From assembly GCA_054661495.1 (NCBI GenBank), contig BAAFSQ010000083.1:1-32000 (forward strand): DNA of 32,000 bases, given 5' to 3'. Position 1 is the first letter of the stretch; each line of letters starts with the position of its first letter. The stretch is from Zygophlyctis sp. KS116 (Eukaryota; Fungi; Chytridiomycota). Below are positions 12,401 through 22,900 of the stretch, in pieces. Both the position numbers and the translations under genes were made by a program. Under the pieces are notes generated by a model, which saw only the letters and a list, made by a program, of their open reading frames with translations, did not search any database and had not been told where the DNA came from.

Positions 12401-13556
12401 GATCTGCGGCATCGAATACCATTTCTATAGAATCCCATGAAACCCCAAAAGAGACTGTTTGATCTACTTCATCCAAAAAAGAAAACAATAATTGTTTTTT
12501 TGATATTTTAAACTTTACTTGTACACAAAAATACTGTAACAGTTGTTGTACTAGAACCACTGAATCACTTTTTGAATCTTTTAAATCTGAATTTTGAAAA
12601 ATATCAGAGAGTATAATTTTTTGATTTGCAGAAAGAACCAAAGCATCTAAATCTACTAAAAGAGTAGACACCATTCCTTCGTTTGGCCTAAATAATTTAA
12701 ATTCCAAACTTGAATTTTCCAAATTTAAAATATTAAATTCCTTTAAACTCCCTATAATCCCATTTATTCTAACCTTGAATTCCAAAAACCTCTTTCCAAG
12801 AGAAAATTCCATATTAATTTTTTTAAATTCTAGTAAAACTTTTGAATTCACTACAGAATTTAAAAAATTAACTTGTATCCTTGGATCTATCTTGTCTAAT
12901 AATTCCCAAAACTGATTAATTTTTGCAATCACAACTAAAAAATCTAGAGTCTCTTGTTTTTGATCAGTTTTAAATTTCTCTAAATCCAAATTTAAATCCT
13001 CTACTTGTAATTGAATCCTTGGTTTTACTAAAATATCTCTTAAATCTTTAAGAATCACGTAAGCATTCAGAGAGACTAATGCAGACTCTTCCTGAATCAC
13101 TTGTAATCCTAAAATATCCAAATTTAGAGAAACCGAATCCAATATTTTCTCTATTCCAATTTTCCCTTGATGAATTTCGACTCTAAACTCTATCCCATCT
13201 TTTTCTAAACTTATTTGAGCATCTCTGACAACTATTCCAAATATTTTAAGCATAGAGAATGGAACATTTTTCAAATTGAGTTCCTTTTTAGATGATTTCC
13301 TACTATTTACTTGTATTTTCACAATTGGAGAATTTAATCCAAATATTATCCATTTCCCATTCCTACCAAATTCCAAACTTGTAGATTTTACATAAAAGTC
13401 CTTGTATCTAATTCCATAAATTCTAAATAGTCCAATAGACTCAAAAGAAATCCCAATTGACCTTTTTAGAACAGTTTTAGAGTACAATACTATTACTGAT
13501 ATTCCTAAAATGAATAATAAAACTCCATTTCCCATTATTTGGGAAAGTAATTCCAT
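6435..13556 (-). CDS. FMP27: Bridge-like lipid transfer protein FMP27/Hobbit/BLTP2 family (~2300 aa)
   Basis: Consecutive minus-strand ORFs joined by short introns (e.g. 11046-11015). N-terminal TM, then SW (NSRSWIDIVK), GFWDK (PPVGWWDKLR), WPPW (TWPIWVPIE) and Apt1-type C-terminal motifs (PPVAGI..HFEINIFPL, PTLEYRNKTWSW). Start is ATG 13556 or 13535. Confidence 0.9.
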
Positions 13557-13608
13557 TAAAACTCTGGAAAATTGGAAAATTCTACGAAAATACAATAAAT
13601 GGCTCTAG

Positions 13609-13980
13609 TTATCCAACTAAACCACCATTTGGATACTTTATTTGAAAGTCTTTTTCTCTCTTGAATAATAATATATGCGGTTCTGGCTCTAGAATTATTT
13701 AAAATAAATTAACCGTGTATCATGTAATGATTCCATCCTGCAGATTGTTTAACTCCCAAACTTCTCCATTCTGAATCTGACATGAGTCGTCCTATATCTT
13801 ATCAAAACAATAATACCCTTGGGAACATACTGAGCTATTTCCTTTGGTAGTACAACGTGTCTGTATTCAAAATCTTCATCATAGTATCTGGGAGAATAAT
13901 ATATTTCATCTTCATGCTTGTTAATATCAATTTCTCTCTGTTCTAAAGGATTAATAATAGAATTTACTTGCGATAGACAT
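13609..13980 (-). CDS. CKS1: Cyclin-dependent kinase regulatory subunit Cks1/Suc1 (98 aa), absent from the ORF track
   Basis: Three 25-nt introns give [98 protein letters not shown]. Confidence 0.95.
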
Positions 13981-14032
13981 TTCCTTGTTTGAACCTAAAA
14001 CTGAAGATTACTAATGTTTTTATGTATTCAGT

Positions 14033-14063
14033 ATCTATTAGATCTATTATATCTATTAGATCT
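14033..14063. repeat. 9-nt micro-tandem repeat (ATCTATTA[G/T] x3.4)
   Basis: atctattag-atctattat-atctattag-atct, read directly upstream of CKS1. Confidence 0.6.
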
Positions 14064-14236
14064 TGATCTGTTTTTAATAAATTCTAATGTCAATTCTGTA
14101 ATCAACAATTTTGAAACGAGATTAGAAAGATTTCTTCAATTCGTATAATCAATGTCCGGACACCACAACAAATGAGGCGCCTCAAATCCCCCCAAACGGG
14201 CTGATCTAAAAATACATTTCTAATTATAAATAACAA

Positions 14237-17144
14237 ATGTCTAGTTGTGCTACTAATAGGGACTGTAGTTCAGGGAATGTTTGTGTAAATCGGACCTGTC
14301 AGCCTCCTCCAAGTCAGGGCTTGCCATTCTATGTTTGGGTTGTAATTGGTATCGGTGCTGGGATTTTGTTTGGGGCAATTGTTTTAGTAGTCTTTCGTAG
14401 GAGGAAGAGAAATAGCCAAAAGAGAAATAGGCAAAAGATAAAAACGGGTAGGAAATCTGAAAGATTGAATCCTCCATTATATAATAGAGGTGAAGGAGAT
14501 GGTCCGGCTCCATTGCCTCAAGGTTATAAGAAGCCTATTGATCTATTCCAAGTTGCTCAGTTGAATAGAAATGAAGAAGCCAAAAGGTTATCAAGACTTT
14601 CTGCTGCTTATTATGCACTTTCTCAAGTGGGATCTGATGAGGTTTCAGTACATAGTAATCAGTCACAATATGGAGAGTATCCACAGCCTATTCAAATGAG
14701 ACCCGTTAACTCTAATAGGAACTCATTTATTCCTTTTAGTCATGAATCAAGACCAAGGCCAGTTGGGACAAGTGGTGAGAATTATAGATATTCTTATGCT
14801 TATCCGACAATGGTTTATAATACTCAGACTTCGGAGATGGGTATGCGAGGTGTTTCAGGAACATCAGGTTCTCGCTTATCAATGATGCATATGGGTGTGA
14901 CTCCGGTCCCATTACCAAATTTTGAAAATTCAAATTACAATTCTAGAGGTAATGGTTCTGCCGGAAGAGGTGTGGAATTAAGACATTCAAAGTCTGCTTA
15001 TAGTCATCCTTATCAAGGTGTTTATGATGGCTCTCAAGCTGTTGCTGATGCTCGAGGAATGAATATAAGTCAGGATCGAGTGTCTGTTAAAAGAACTCAA
15101 TCTGACTCCGAAACAGCTTCTTCATTTATTCCGCAGAACCAATTTATACTACCAGAGCATCAGATTTCTAATTTTAGGGATTTCAATGATCCGGAAAGTG
15201 GTAAATCTCTATCTGAAGAGAATCTGCAAAATAATAGCGGATTTTTCCATCAAGGTCAGCTAAAAGACGAGCCATCTCTAAATCAACAAATGACAATGGT
15301 TGACAGGAGGAAAACATTGACTTTGGATATGCGTTATTTTGAAGCATTTGGGAATACTAATACTACTCCAACAACCCCTTCTAAAACAACACCATTGATA
15401 AACCTAGGAAATAGTGGTAGAAACAATATAAATGAAGATAATACTGCTATGCAAGATATGGCTAAGATGGAGAGAAATGAGTCTAAATCATTCGAAATGG
15501 GTAATCAAATGATAAATGAATCTCTAGGGCCTTTATCTCCTTCGATGGTTACGCCCGTATTCAATCCTAACAACTTGAAGGTTCGCCAGCAAGATATAAC
15601 TTTTTTAATTCAAAGAAGAGTGTCCTTACCTGCTCAAAGTCCTCCATTGGATTTAAAAAACAAGCCTGATTCTCATTATCCAATATCTTCTCCAGAGGTA
15701 ACATATCACAATTAATATCAAGAATGCCTCATTTGAGTCTACTGTTGTTAATCCAATGTCTCCAATCTTGAATGAGCAGCTTCCGAAAATTTTGGAAACT
15801 TTGTCTAATGAATCATTTGGCAATAATGAATCTCATGATCAGTCACTTGAAAAGGAAAGAAACATCGACCAATTTTCAAACCGGCAGAAAATAAATTCGG
15901 GACAATCCACCGACTCTGTAGAGCCATCTGTTCAAACAAATAAGGAAGAAGCTACAGTCTATAAGACAGAATTTCCAAGCACAGTACAACAAAACGCACA
16001 AGAGTATTATCATTCAAAAGACTCTCCAGAAGCCATTCTGGATAATCAGAGCAATATAAGTGCTTCTGATGATCCAGCAAACGCACCAGGACTGCTCAAT
16101 AGTATGCAAGCTATAAAAACAGCCGGAATGACAGCGAAAAATAGTGTATCTAGCTCTCAAGAATCTTTACAAACAATGGTAGACGAGTCTGAAGATGAAT
16201 CTAGCAAAGTATTTCTAGAAACCTGTCATAATTCTGAAAAAGAAGAATCATCAAGCCCCCCAACGTTGTGCAATGTAGAAAAAGAAGAAATTTTGAGTCA
16301 GCCTAAAATTTCTCTAGCAGTGCAGATTAAGTCTGACAAGGATGTTTCAGGTCCGCTTAAGCAATCTCCAGAAGTAAGAGATCATTTGGAAGAATTAAAT
16401 ACTGCGAATGGCTTTCCAGAAACGTTTCGTGATCCTGATGACGAATCTTTGAGCCCACAAGACGTGCTGGAGATAGTAGACTATCTAGAAAAGGAAGAAG
16501 TTTCCAGTAAATCTAAAGACTCCATAGGAAGAGAAGACGTTTCTGTGAGCTCTGAAGACTCTCTTAAATACTCTCCAGAGAGAGAAAGTGTTTCTGTGGA
16601 TTCTAAAGACTCTCCAGAAAGATTTGACAACATAAATGATGAAGAATCTTTAAGTTCAAACGAAGTGATAGAGATTGTGGACTATCTCGAAAAGGAAGAA
16701 GTTATTAGTCAATCCAAAAACTCTCCAGAAATAGTTGAAGAAGAGCCTGTCGAGGAAAATCACTCTGAAATAGTTCAAGATAATGATGAAGAAGAAAATC
16801 TCGAGAATATCTTTCCAGAAACCAAAGATCCACAATTCCTGGGAATGGTAATAACTTTAATTAATTTCTAGAATAACTCTTTAAAAACTCACATGATTTC
16901 TCCAATGTTTAGTGATCAAATGATGTCAAATATGTTTGATAACCTACCAAAAGAAGAATCAACATCTAATGAATCTATTGTTAATGGAAAAACTTTTCCA
17001 GACATTCATGATCATCAATCTCTACCAACTAGTTTAGAATCTGAAAAATTAACTGTAAATACTCAAAATCCTCCTCAACTTCCTTTAAGAAACGGTAGAC
17101 TTTCTGGTGGCCGACCTCTCCCATCTCACATGAAATTTTCGTAG
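14237..17144 (+). CDS. Uncharacterised single-pass membrane protein with N-terminal 4-Cys microdomain and long disordered tail (952 aa), paralog A
   Basis: Introns 15698-15722 and 16848-16871 join three ORFs in frame. C-x5-C-x5-C-x4-C, TM (FYVWVVIGIGAGILFGAIVLVVF), RRRKR stop-transfer, acidic internal repeat, C-terminal PPQLPLR. Confidence 0.8.
16435..16730 (+). repeat. Intragenic duplicated peptide repeat
   Basis: DESLSPQDVLEIVDYLEKEEVSSKSKDS versus EESLSSNEVIEIVDYLEKEEVISQSKNS, with shorter S-V-x-S-x-DS units between them. Confidence 0.75.
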
Positions 17145-17179
17145 AATTCTTAATGAATTATATAGAAAACATGCAACTT

Positions 17180-17737
17180 TTATTTCTTGATGTTTTTTCC
17201 AAATGATCCTGGATCATTATCTCCAATATCAATATCATCTCTATACTCTCTCAATAACTTTTTCTTTTTCCTTTCTTCCTTTTTAGCCTTGAATCTCTTT
17301 ATATCTTTACTGCTAACTTTTCTTTTTGGAGCATTTTGTAATTCTAAACCTCTTTTTTCTTGATAACCAGCATAATCAAAAAACTGACTCATATGCCTTT
17401 CTGCTCTTGCTACACCCAAACTTTTTGGATCATTTACATACCCACGATCATCCCTAGAAATATTCATAAAAGTGCCATTCTTTACATTAAAAGCTCCAGC
17501 AACTGATCCATCAGTACTTACAGAGCCGATTGAAGGTTTAGCTATGATTAGAGATTAAAACTTACATTGGCCATACTTTCCATACCATTCTGCATATTCC
17601 CTTGAAGAAAAGAATGGATCTGTTAGACTTAGATTTGATATATTGAGACTTTCTGGATACTCCCATGATGTTTCTTGACTAGTAGTATTCCAAAAGTAAT
17701 ATTTCTTGCTCGACTCATCTAGCACTGGACACCACAT
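17180..17737 (-). CDS. WW domain-containing protein with basic C-terminal region
   Basis: WW motif W..V..YYFWNTTSQETSWEYP. Intron 17565-17542 joins it to AFNVKNGTF...RHMSQFFD...FKAKKEERKKKK. Confidence 0.8.
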
Positions 17738-17753
17738 TTCCTAAAATTTTATA

Positions 17754-18520
17754 ATGATTCATGTCCAGCCAAGATTTAGAGTTTTGAAAATAACTGATAT
17801 CTCTGTCCCAAAACATTCTTGTGCTACTGTAAATGATACCAATCATAACTCCACTCGTAACAGTACCCGAATGCTCTTGATCACTGACGGTCTCAACGAG
17901 TTCCGTGCTCTTGAGAGAGAATCCCTGAATATATCTCTAGAGTCTATGCTAGTGCTAAAAAATGTCCCATCCAAGAATAATATATTACTCCTGACAAGAG
18001 ACAACACAAGGTAAAGAGCATATCTAACAAGAGTATTAATAATGACTCTGTGAATGTGGATGATGATGTTTATGTTTATGCTGATGATGATATGATTCTG
18101 GATGATATGATTAGCATGGATGCTATGATCAACTTGGATGCTATGAATAGACACGATCTGAAAGACGATCTAAAAGAGACTATATCTAGTCTAAAATCTC
18201 AAATTCATGGACCAGTAAAAACTATAGAAATTATAGCAAGTATTCAGGAAATATGTAAAATGGGACTAAGTAAATCTGGATTTCAACAGTCTCTAGTTAT
18301 AAAAGATGATTGTGATTCTCTAAAAGTAAAAGTTTCAGAGTCTCTAATTCATACAAAATTAGGAATAGATGGAGAAACTGCTAGAAATATTAGAAAGACT
18401 CATGCTGGAACAGGAGAATTAGTGAATTTATTGGCTGATTGGTATAAATGGTTGGAAAATTTAAAGGATTTCAAGTTTATTTTGGAAATCGGACAGGGAG
18501 GAGTAGAATGGATTGGATGA
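17754..18520 (+). CDS. RMI1: Divergent, shortened RMI1-like protein (N-terminal OB fold + RMI1_C OB fold)
   Basis: ITDISVP...RMLLITDG..FRALE...ILLLTRDN resembles the RMI1 OB1. VIKDDCDSLKVKVSESLIHTKLG resembles RMI1_C. Joining them needs intron 18011-18033 with an atypical GAG acceptor. Confidence 0.6.
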
Positions 18521-18581
18521 TTTATTTAATGAATAATTTAGTATTGAACCTTGACATTTTCCTAAAAATTGTAACTCAGAT

Positions 18582-19318
18582 ATGCAATTAAATGTTTCTC
18601 AACTCAATTTTTCTCAATTAAATGTTGATCCGTCGGCAGCGGTGATCCCTCCTCAGCCCAATGCAGCCATTGTGAGTCAAGAGAAAAATTCATTACATAA
18701 TGTAACATCGCCTACAACTGCAAGTACATTTTATTCTCTAAATTAATAGCGCCATGGACGGTTGGTATAATTATTAGAGATTTTGCTTATAAAGACTCTA
18801 GGCATCATGGAATTTATCCAAAAGGTCAATCAATGGAACAAGACTTGGAATTACCCATTCAAGGACAAGATTTGCTGGTAATTTTAAGAGTTTTGGAATC
18901 GGACTTGTCTAGAGTTTTAGGAGTATCTGTTTTATTATCTACAGTAATTTCTAATTTTAATCATTCTGCTCAACATGAATTAGAAATGGACGTTGAATTT
19001 GGTCAGGAATTAATTGTAATTGATAAAGGTTCAACATCAACTGAAATTAAAAATAATGAATCTGGACTAGATAGATGGGCGTCAATGGATGATGAGGAAG
19101 AAAATTGTATTTTACAAGTTAATTATGAACCTGAATTAAAGGATTTTGCTGATACTATTACAGGTTTTCAGGATCAAAAAGAAGAGTGTTTCTTGTGTCT
19201 AAGGCTCAAGGTGAATGGGCATTTACAAGGTGTTGGAAGTTCATTAAGAGGAAAAGCAAAAGTAGAATTACAAGATATTGGATTGATTCCAAATGAATAT
19301 AGAACATGTAAGAACTGA
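18582..19318 (+). CDS. Nbp2-like adaptor with a degenerate, interrupted SH3 domain
   Basis: Intron 18724-18749 gives IIRDFAYKDSRHHG, like the RDFAY..HYG motif of fungal Nbp2. SH3-like halves VISNF...HELEM..EFGQELIV and IGLIPNEY. Confidence 0.55.
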
Positions 19319-19333
19319 TTAGTATCATGTATT

Positions 19334-19792
19334 TTAAACGAATAATATAAACATTGTGTATAACAATACTGTTGGCAATGTAGTTTTAGCTGATCCTTTT
19401 AGAGAATAACTTTCCATGTCTGCTTCTCTGCTGTATTGAAAATCAGATCCATTACATACTCTTTTAATCGTAATATCAGGTGTGATTGTCCACATTGACT
19501 CTTGTCCGTCTACTGATAAACTCAACTTTATTGCTTGATCGTTAATATTTGTTAAAGAGTTATTTCTTAATCCGAATGATTTATAGATTTCAGGTGAGAT
19601 TGAGACTCCAATCAGATTATATTGAGATTGGAAATAGAATACATCGGATCCTTGTGAATTGATCTTGACTTGAGGTGTAGAATCGTAATTAAAGCTCTTG
19701 ATCCATAAATGTCCATTGCTAAATGCTAAATTCTTATCAATGCAGTTTGAATTGTATGTAATGGATGCGTCAATTTCTGATATATCTCTCAT
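19334..19792 (-). CDS. Hypothetical surface protein with a C-terminal GPI-signal-like tail; 5' end unresolved
   Basis: Open frame of 152 codons from ATG 19792 with N-glycosylation sequons (NNS, NGS), two Cys and a hydrophobic end (GSAKTTLPTVLLYTMFILFV). No signal-peptide exon found. Confidence 0.5.
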   Translation of the reverse strand: MRDISEIDASITYNSNCIDKNLAFSNGHLWIKSFNYDSTPQVKINSQGSDVFYFQSQYNLIGVSISPEIYKSFGLRNNSLTNINDQAIKLSLSVDGQESMWTITPDITIKRVCNGSDFQYSREADMESYSLKGSAKTTLPTVLLYTMFILFV

Positions 19793-19949
19793 TTGCGTCA
19801 CTGGACGTCTGTTCCACCTCGGTCTATTGGGTCATCATTCTAAAAATAGCTGCTGCGACAGTACCAAAAACAAACGTAATTTATTCGACCATCAAAAATG
19901 CTCTACTAATCCTCATCTACATATTATTATTGATTCCAAGTCAAGTGAT

Positions 19950-22900
19950 CTAAGGCTCTGAATCGTCCACACTGCTTCGATCCAGAAAATCAGGAACAGA
20001 TACGCGCCGATTGGGATTTTTTCTGCTTGATAGAATAGGGGTTTTTACAGGAGATTTTAATACAGATGAGTTTGCCTCATCGCTAAGGCTTTGAAGAGAG
20101 TTTTCTTGATCATTTGAACTTTTCCCCATCTTCCTCTGGTTAGATATATTCAGTCCATTATCATCAAAAAACTTTTGAATCACTCGATTCATGGAATATT
20201 CTACACAATTTTTTGTAAGCAATTTATCTACTGATTTCTGATCCATGATAATTATTGGGGATTTTTGAATTTTTCCGTAATTCGCAATGTCCGGTAATAT
20301 ATCTGGACCATTTCCTGTAGTGGCAGAGAAAGGCTTAAAAAAAGACATGATGTCTTTTTGCTGCTGGAGTATTTAATAAAAAATTATGCTTACCATCTTT
20401 CTGTCAGATTCGTTAAAAGCATATTTACATGGCTTCATTGTAGATTTTTTCTTTGCATCAGACATAATGTCTACCTAAATTTTACTCAATCCAGTCATTC
20501 TTACTGCTTTGGATTCTGAGTCGTTACATGGTTTAGAAAGTGATTCTAGCTCATTATTCTATCAGATTAGTAAATTATCTGAAGCATACTGTGCATATAT
20601 CCATTTTGTCTACTGTTTGAACTTGATCCACCAGTGCGGTTTCTGATAATGTAATTTCGGACATTTGTGGCCTAGAGGTCACAACTGACGATGAATCTTG
20701 TTCAATTGAATTATTTACAGAATCTTTTTCTTGAGATTCGTGGTCAATATTATGTTCTAAATTCGGAAGCGACCTTCTTTTATGCATTCGACTTGATGCT
20801 GCTAGTTCAAGATCGAGGTCCAGAGCTGCAGTACAGTCCTCCCCCTGTAACCAATTCGGCTTAGATCTTCTTCTACCGGATCTTCTCGTTTGATCTTCTA
20901 GATAAAAGGCTTTATCCAATTGATAGTAATAATCATCCACGGCACTAGTCGATGTGCGCTTTTTTACTTTAGGCAACTTCTTTCTTTTCACCAAAGGATT
21001 TTTAAAGTCAGAATCAGATTGTTCAGCTGCTAAATTTTTATCATCGTCAATGGTGGCTGTCTCATGCATATCCTCCGTTTCGGGCTTTCTCTTGCGAGTG
21101 TTTTTAGCCGATCTCGATTTAGCCTTATCATCAACTTGGACTTCCTCCTTAGAAGCCGAAATTTCATTAGAATTCAACATATACTCTTCTACATTGGTGT
21201 TTGATTTTCGTTTTTTTCGAGATGATTTTGATTTGATATCGGCTTCTAACTTTTCTGTAGAAACCTCATTATATAAATCTATTGCTTTTTCATCATTAAC
21301 TTGATTGTTCATTGTTTTAATTTCATTTGAGCACGATATATACTCTTTATCCAAAATCTAATGGTTCAAAACTGTAAAAAATTACTATGAGAGCTGCTGA
21401 TAAACTATTTTGGGACTTCCTTGAATTTGGAGAAGTTAAAATAGGATTCAGCTATATTGGTAAAAAATATTTTAAGTACCAAAGGGTCTGAAATCTCCAT
21501 TTTATCATCATCTGATTCTTTGGCAATACGAGAGAAAAATGACAAGATGTTTCCATTTTTAGATTTGTTTCGAATATTTGATCCTAAATTCGACAACTTT
21601 AAACTAGCGAATTTCTTGAATGATGATTCAGGATCCGATTGTTTGAATTTTCGAGAATCAGAAAAATCGTTTCCAGGCCGGAATCGTATTGAAGACTTTG
21701 CAGAGCTCGGAGGAGCAAAGCTTTGATCAGCAACATCTGTTTCAGCAGTTTGTTTCTTCTGTTGTTAAATATATTTAAAAATCACACCCTGTATATTCTT
21801 GGAGGCTTTCTTTTATCCAAATTTTCTTTTCTAGCAGACTTTTTTGCTTTCTTCATATACCGGTTGTTCATTTCAAGCAACCTTTCTCTTTCCAATTCTT
21901 TGATTCGATTTTGCCGTGCAAGGTCTCTTTCTCTCCACGCCTTCCATCTCATCTTACCAGAAACAACCCCTGTAACTAGAAACTCTTTAGCAAGTCTCAT
22001 TGGCTTATCATCTTGTTCCAGAAACCTAGGGTCTTCGGCTTGTATATTACGGAAAATAGTATCTTCCTTTTGAACCTTTAAACTTGAATATAAGCTTTAA
22101 ATGAGAATTACAATGAGTGGTCCTCAAAATATCTGATCACTTCTTCGTCCTCGTCAACATTTTTGAAAATAGAGACATCAACCTCATCTTTTGGTATGCT
22201 AATTGCCGGCCAAAAAGCACCACCATCTCCAAGGTGAATCACCACAAGCTTCTTGGCAAATTCAACTAACAATAAATGAACATAAACATACTAGAATCTG
22301 GGAAATCGGGGCCCGGATCAATCGGCACTATTTCCTCAATATCTTCGTCGGAATCTTCGTCCGATTCAAAAGTACTATATCTATCCTCGAACTTGAAAAG
22401 TTTTGTAATATCAAATCGTTTTACACCATTGGAGAGCTTAAGCAACTTGAGTTGCTTACGAATTGCTAGCATTGAAGTCTATCATCATTTGCAAAATTAA
22501 ATTACATAAATTTCAAAGCAAATTTCTCCATTGTGACGCATCTTTGTAATTGGTTTTCTCGAGGGGAATGGCATATTAAAGATGAGTAAATGACGTACAC
22601 AGCGAACACAAGGATCAAGAGACGTATCACTGCCAGCTGAAGATCCCATTTCAGAATGTGGAGTATGGCAACAAATGCATCTAGTCATTCTCCTAAGATC
22701 CTCCAATTCCTTTTTCCTAATCTTTAAATGTTCGCCGAAATTAGGTATGTCATAGTAGTTAAAATTAGCCGCTCTGGCAGTAGCTGCTCGAGCTTTTACA
22801 GAGCCTAGTAAAGCCCCTTCACCAAAATTTTCTATTTCTGAATCTGCTATCAAGTCTTTTCCAGCAAAACCATTTCTTTGAAATCTAAAAGATTAAAAGA

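Noticed and set aside
18050-18150. GAT/ATG-rich quasi-repeat considered as a repeat array or ncRNA
   Set aside because: Explained by an Asp/Met-rich coding linker (DDDVYVYADDDMILDDMISMDAM).
19800-19960. Four TGA codons and no TAA/TAG in frame upstream of the GPI-like ORF, suggesting selenocysteine or TGA=Trp recoding
   Set aside because: TGA is a real terminator in well-supported genes here (ACAD, Sec7, UBFD1), conserved Trp residues use TGG, and there is no redox motif or recognisable SECIS.
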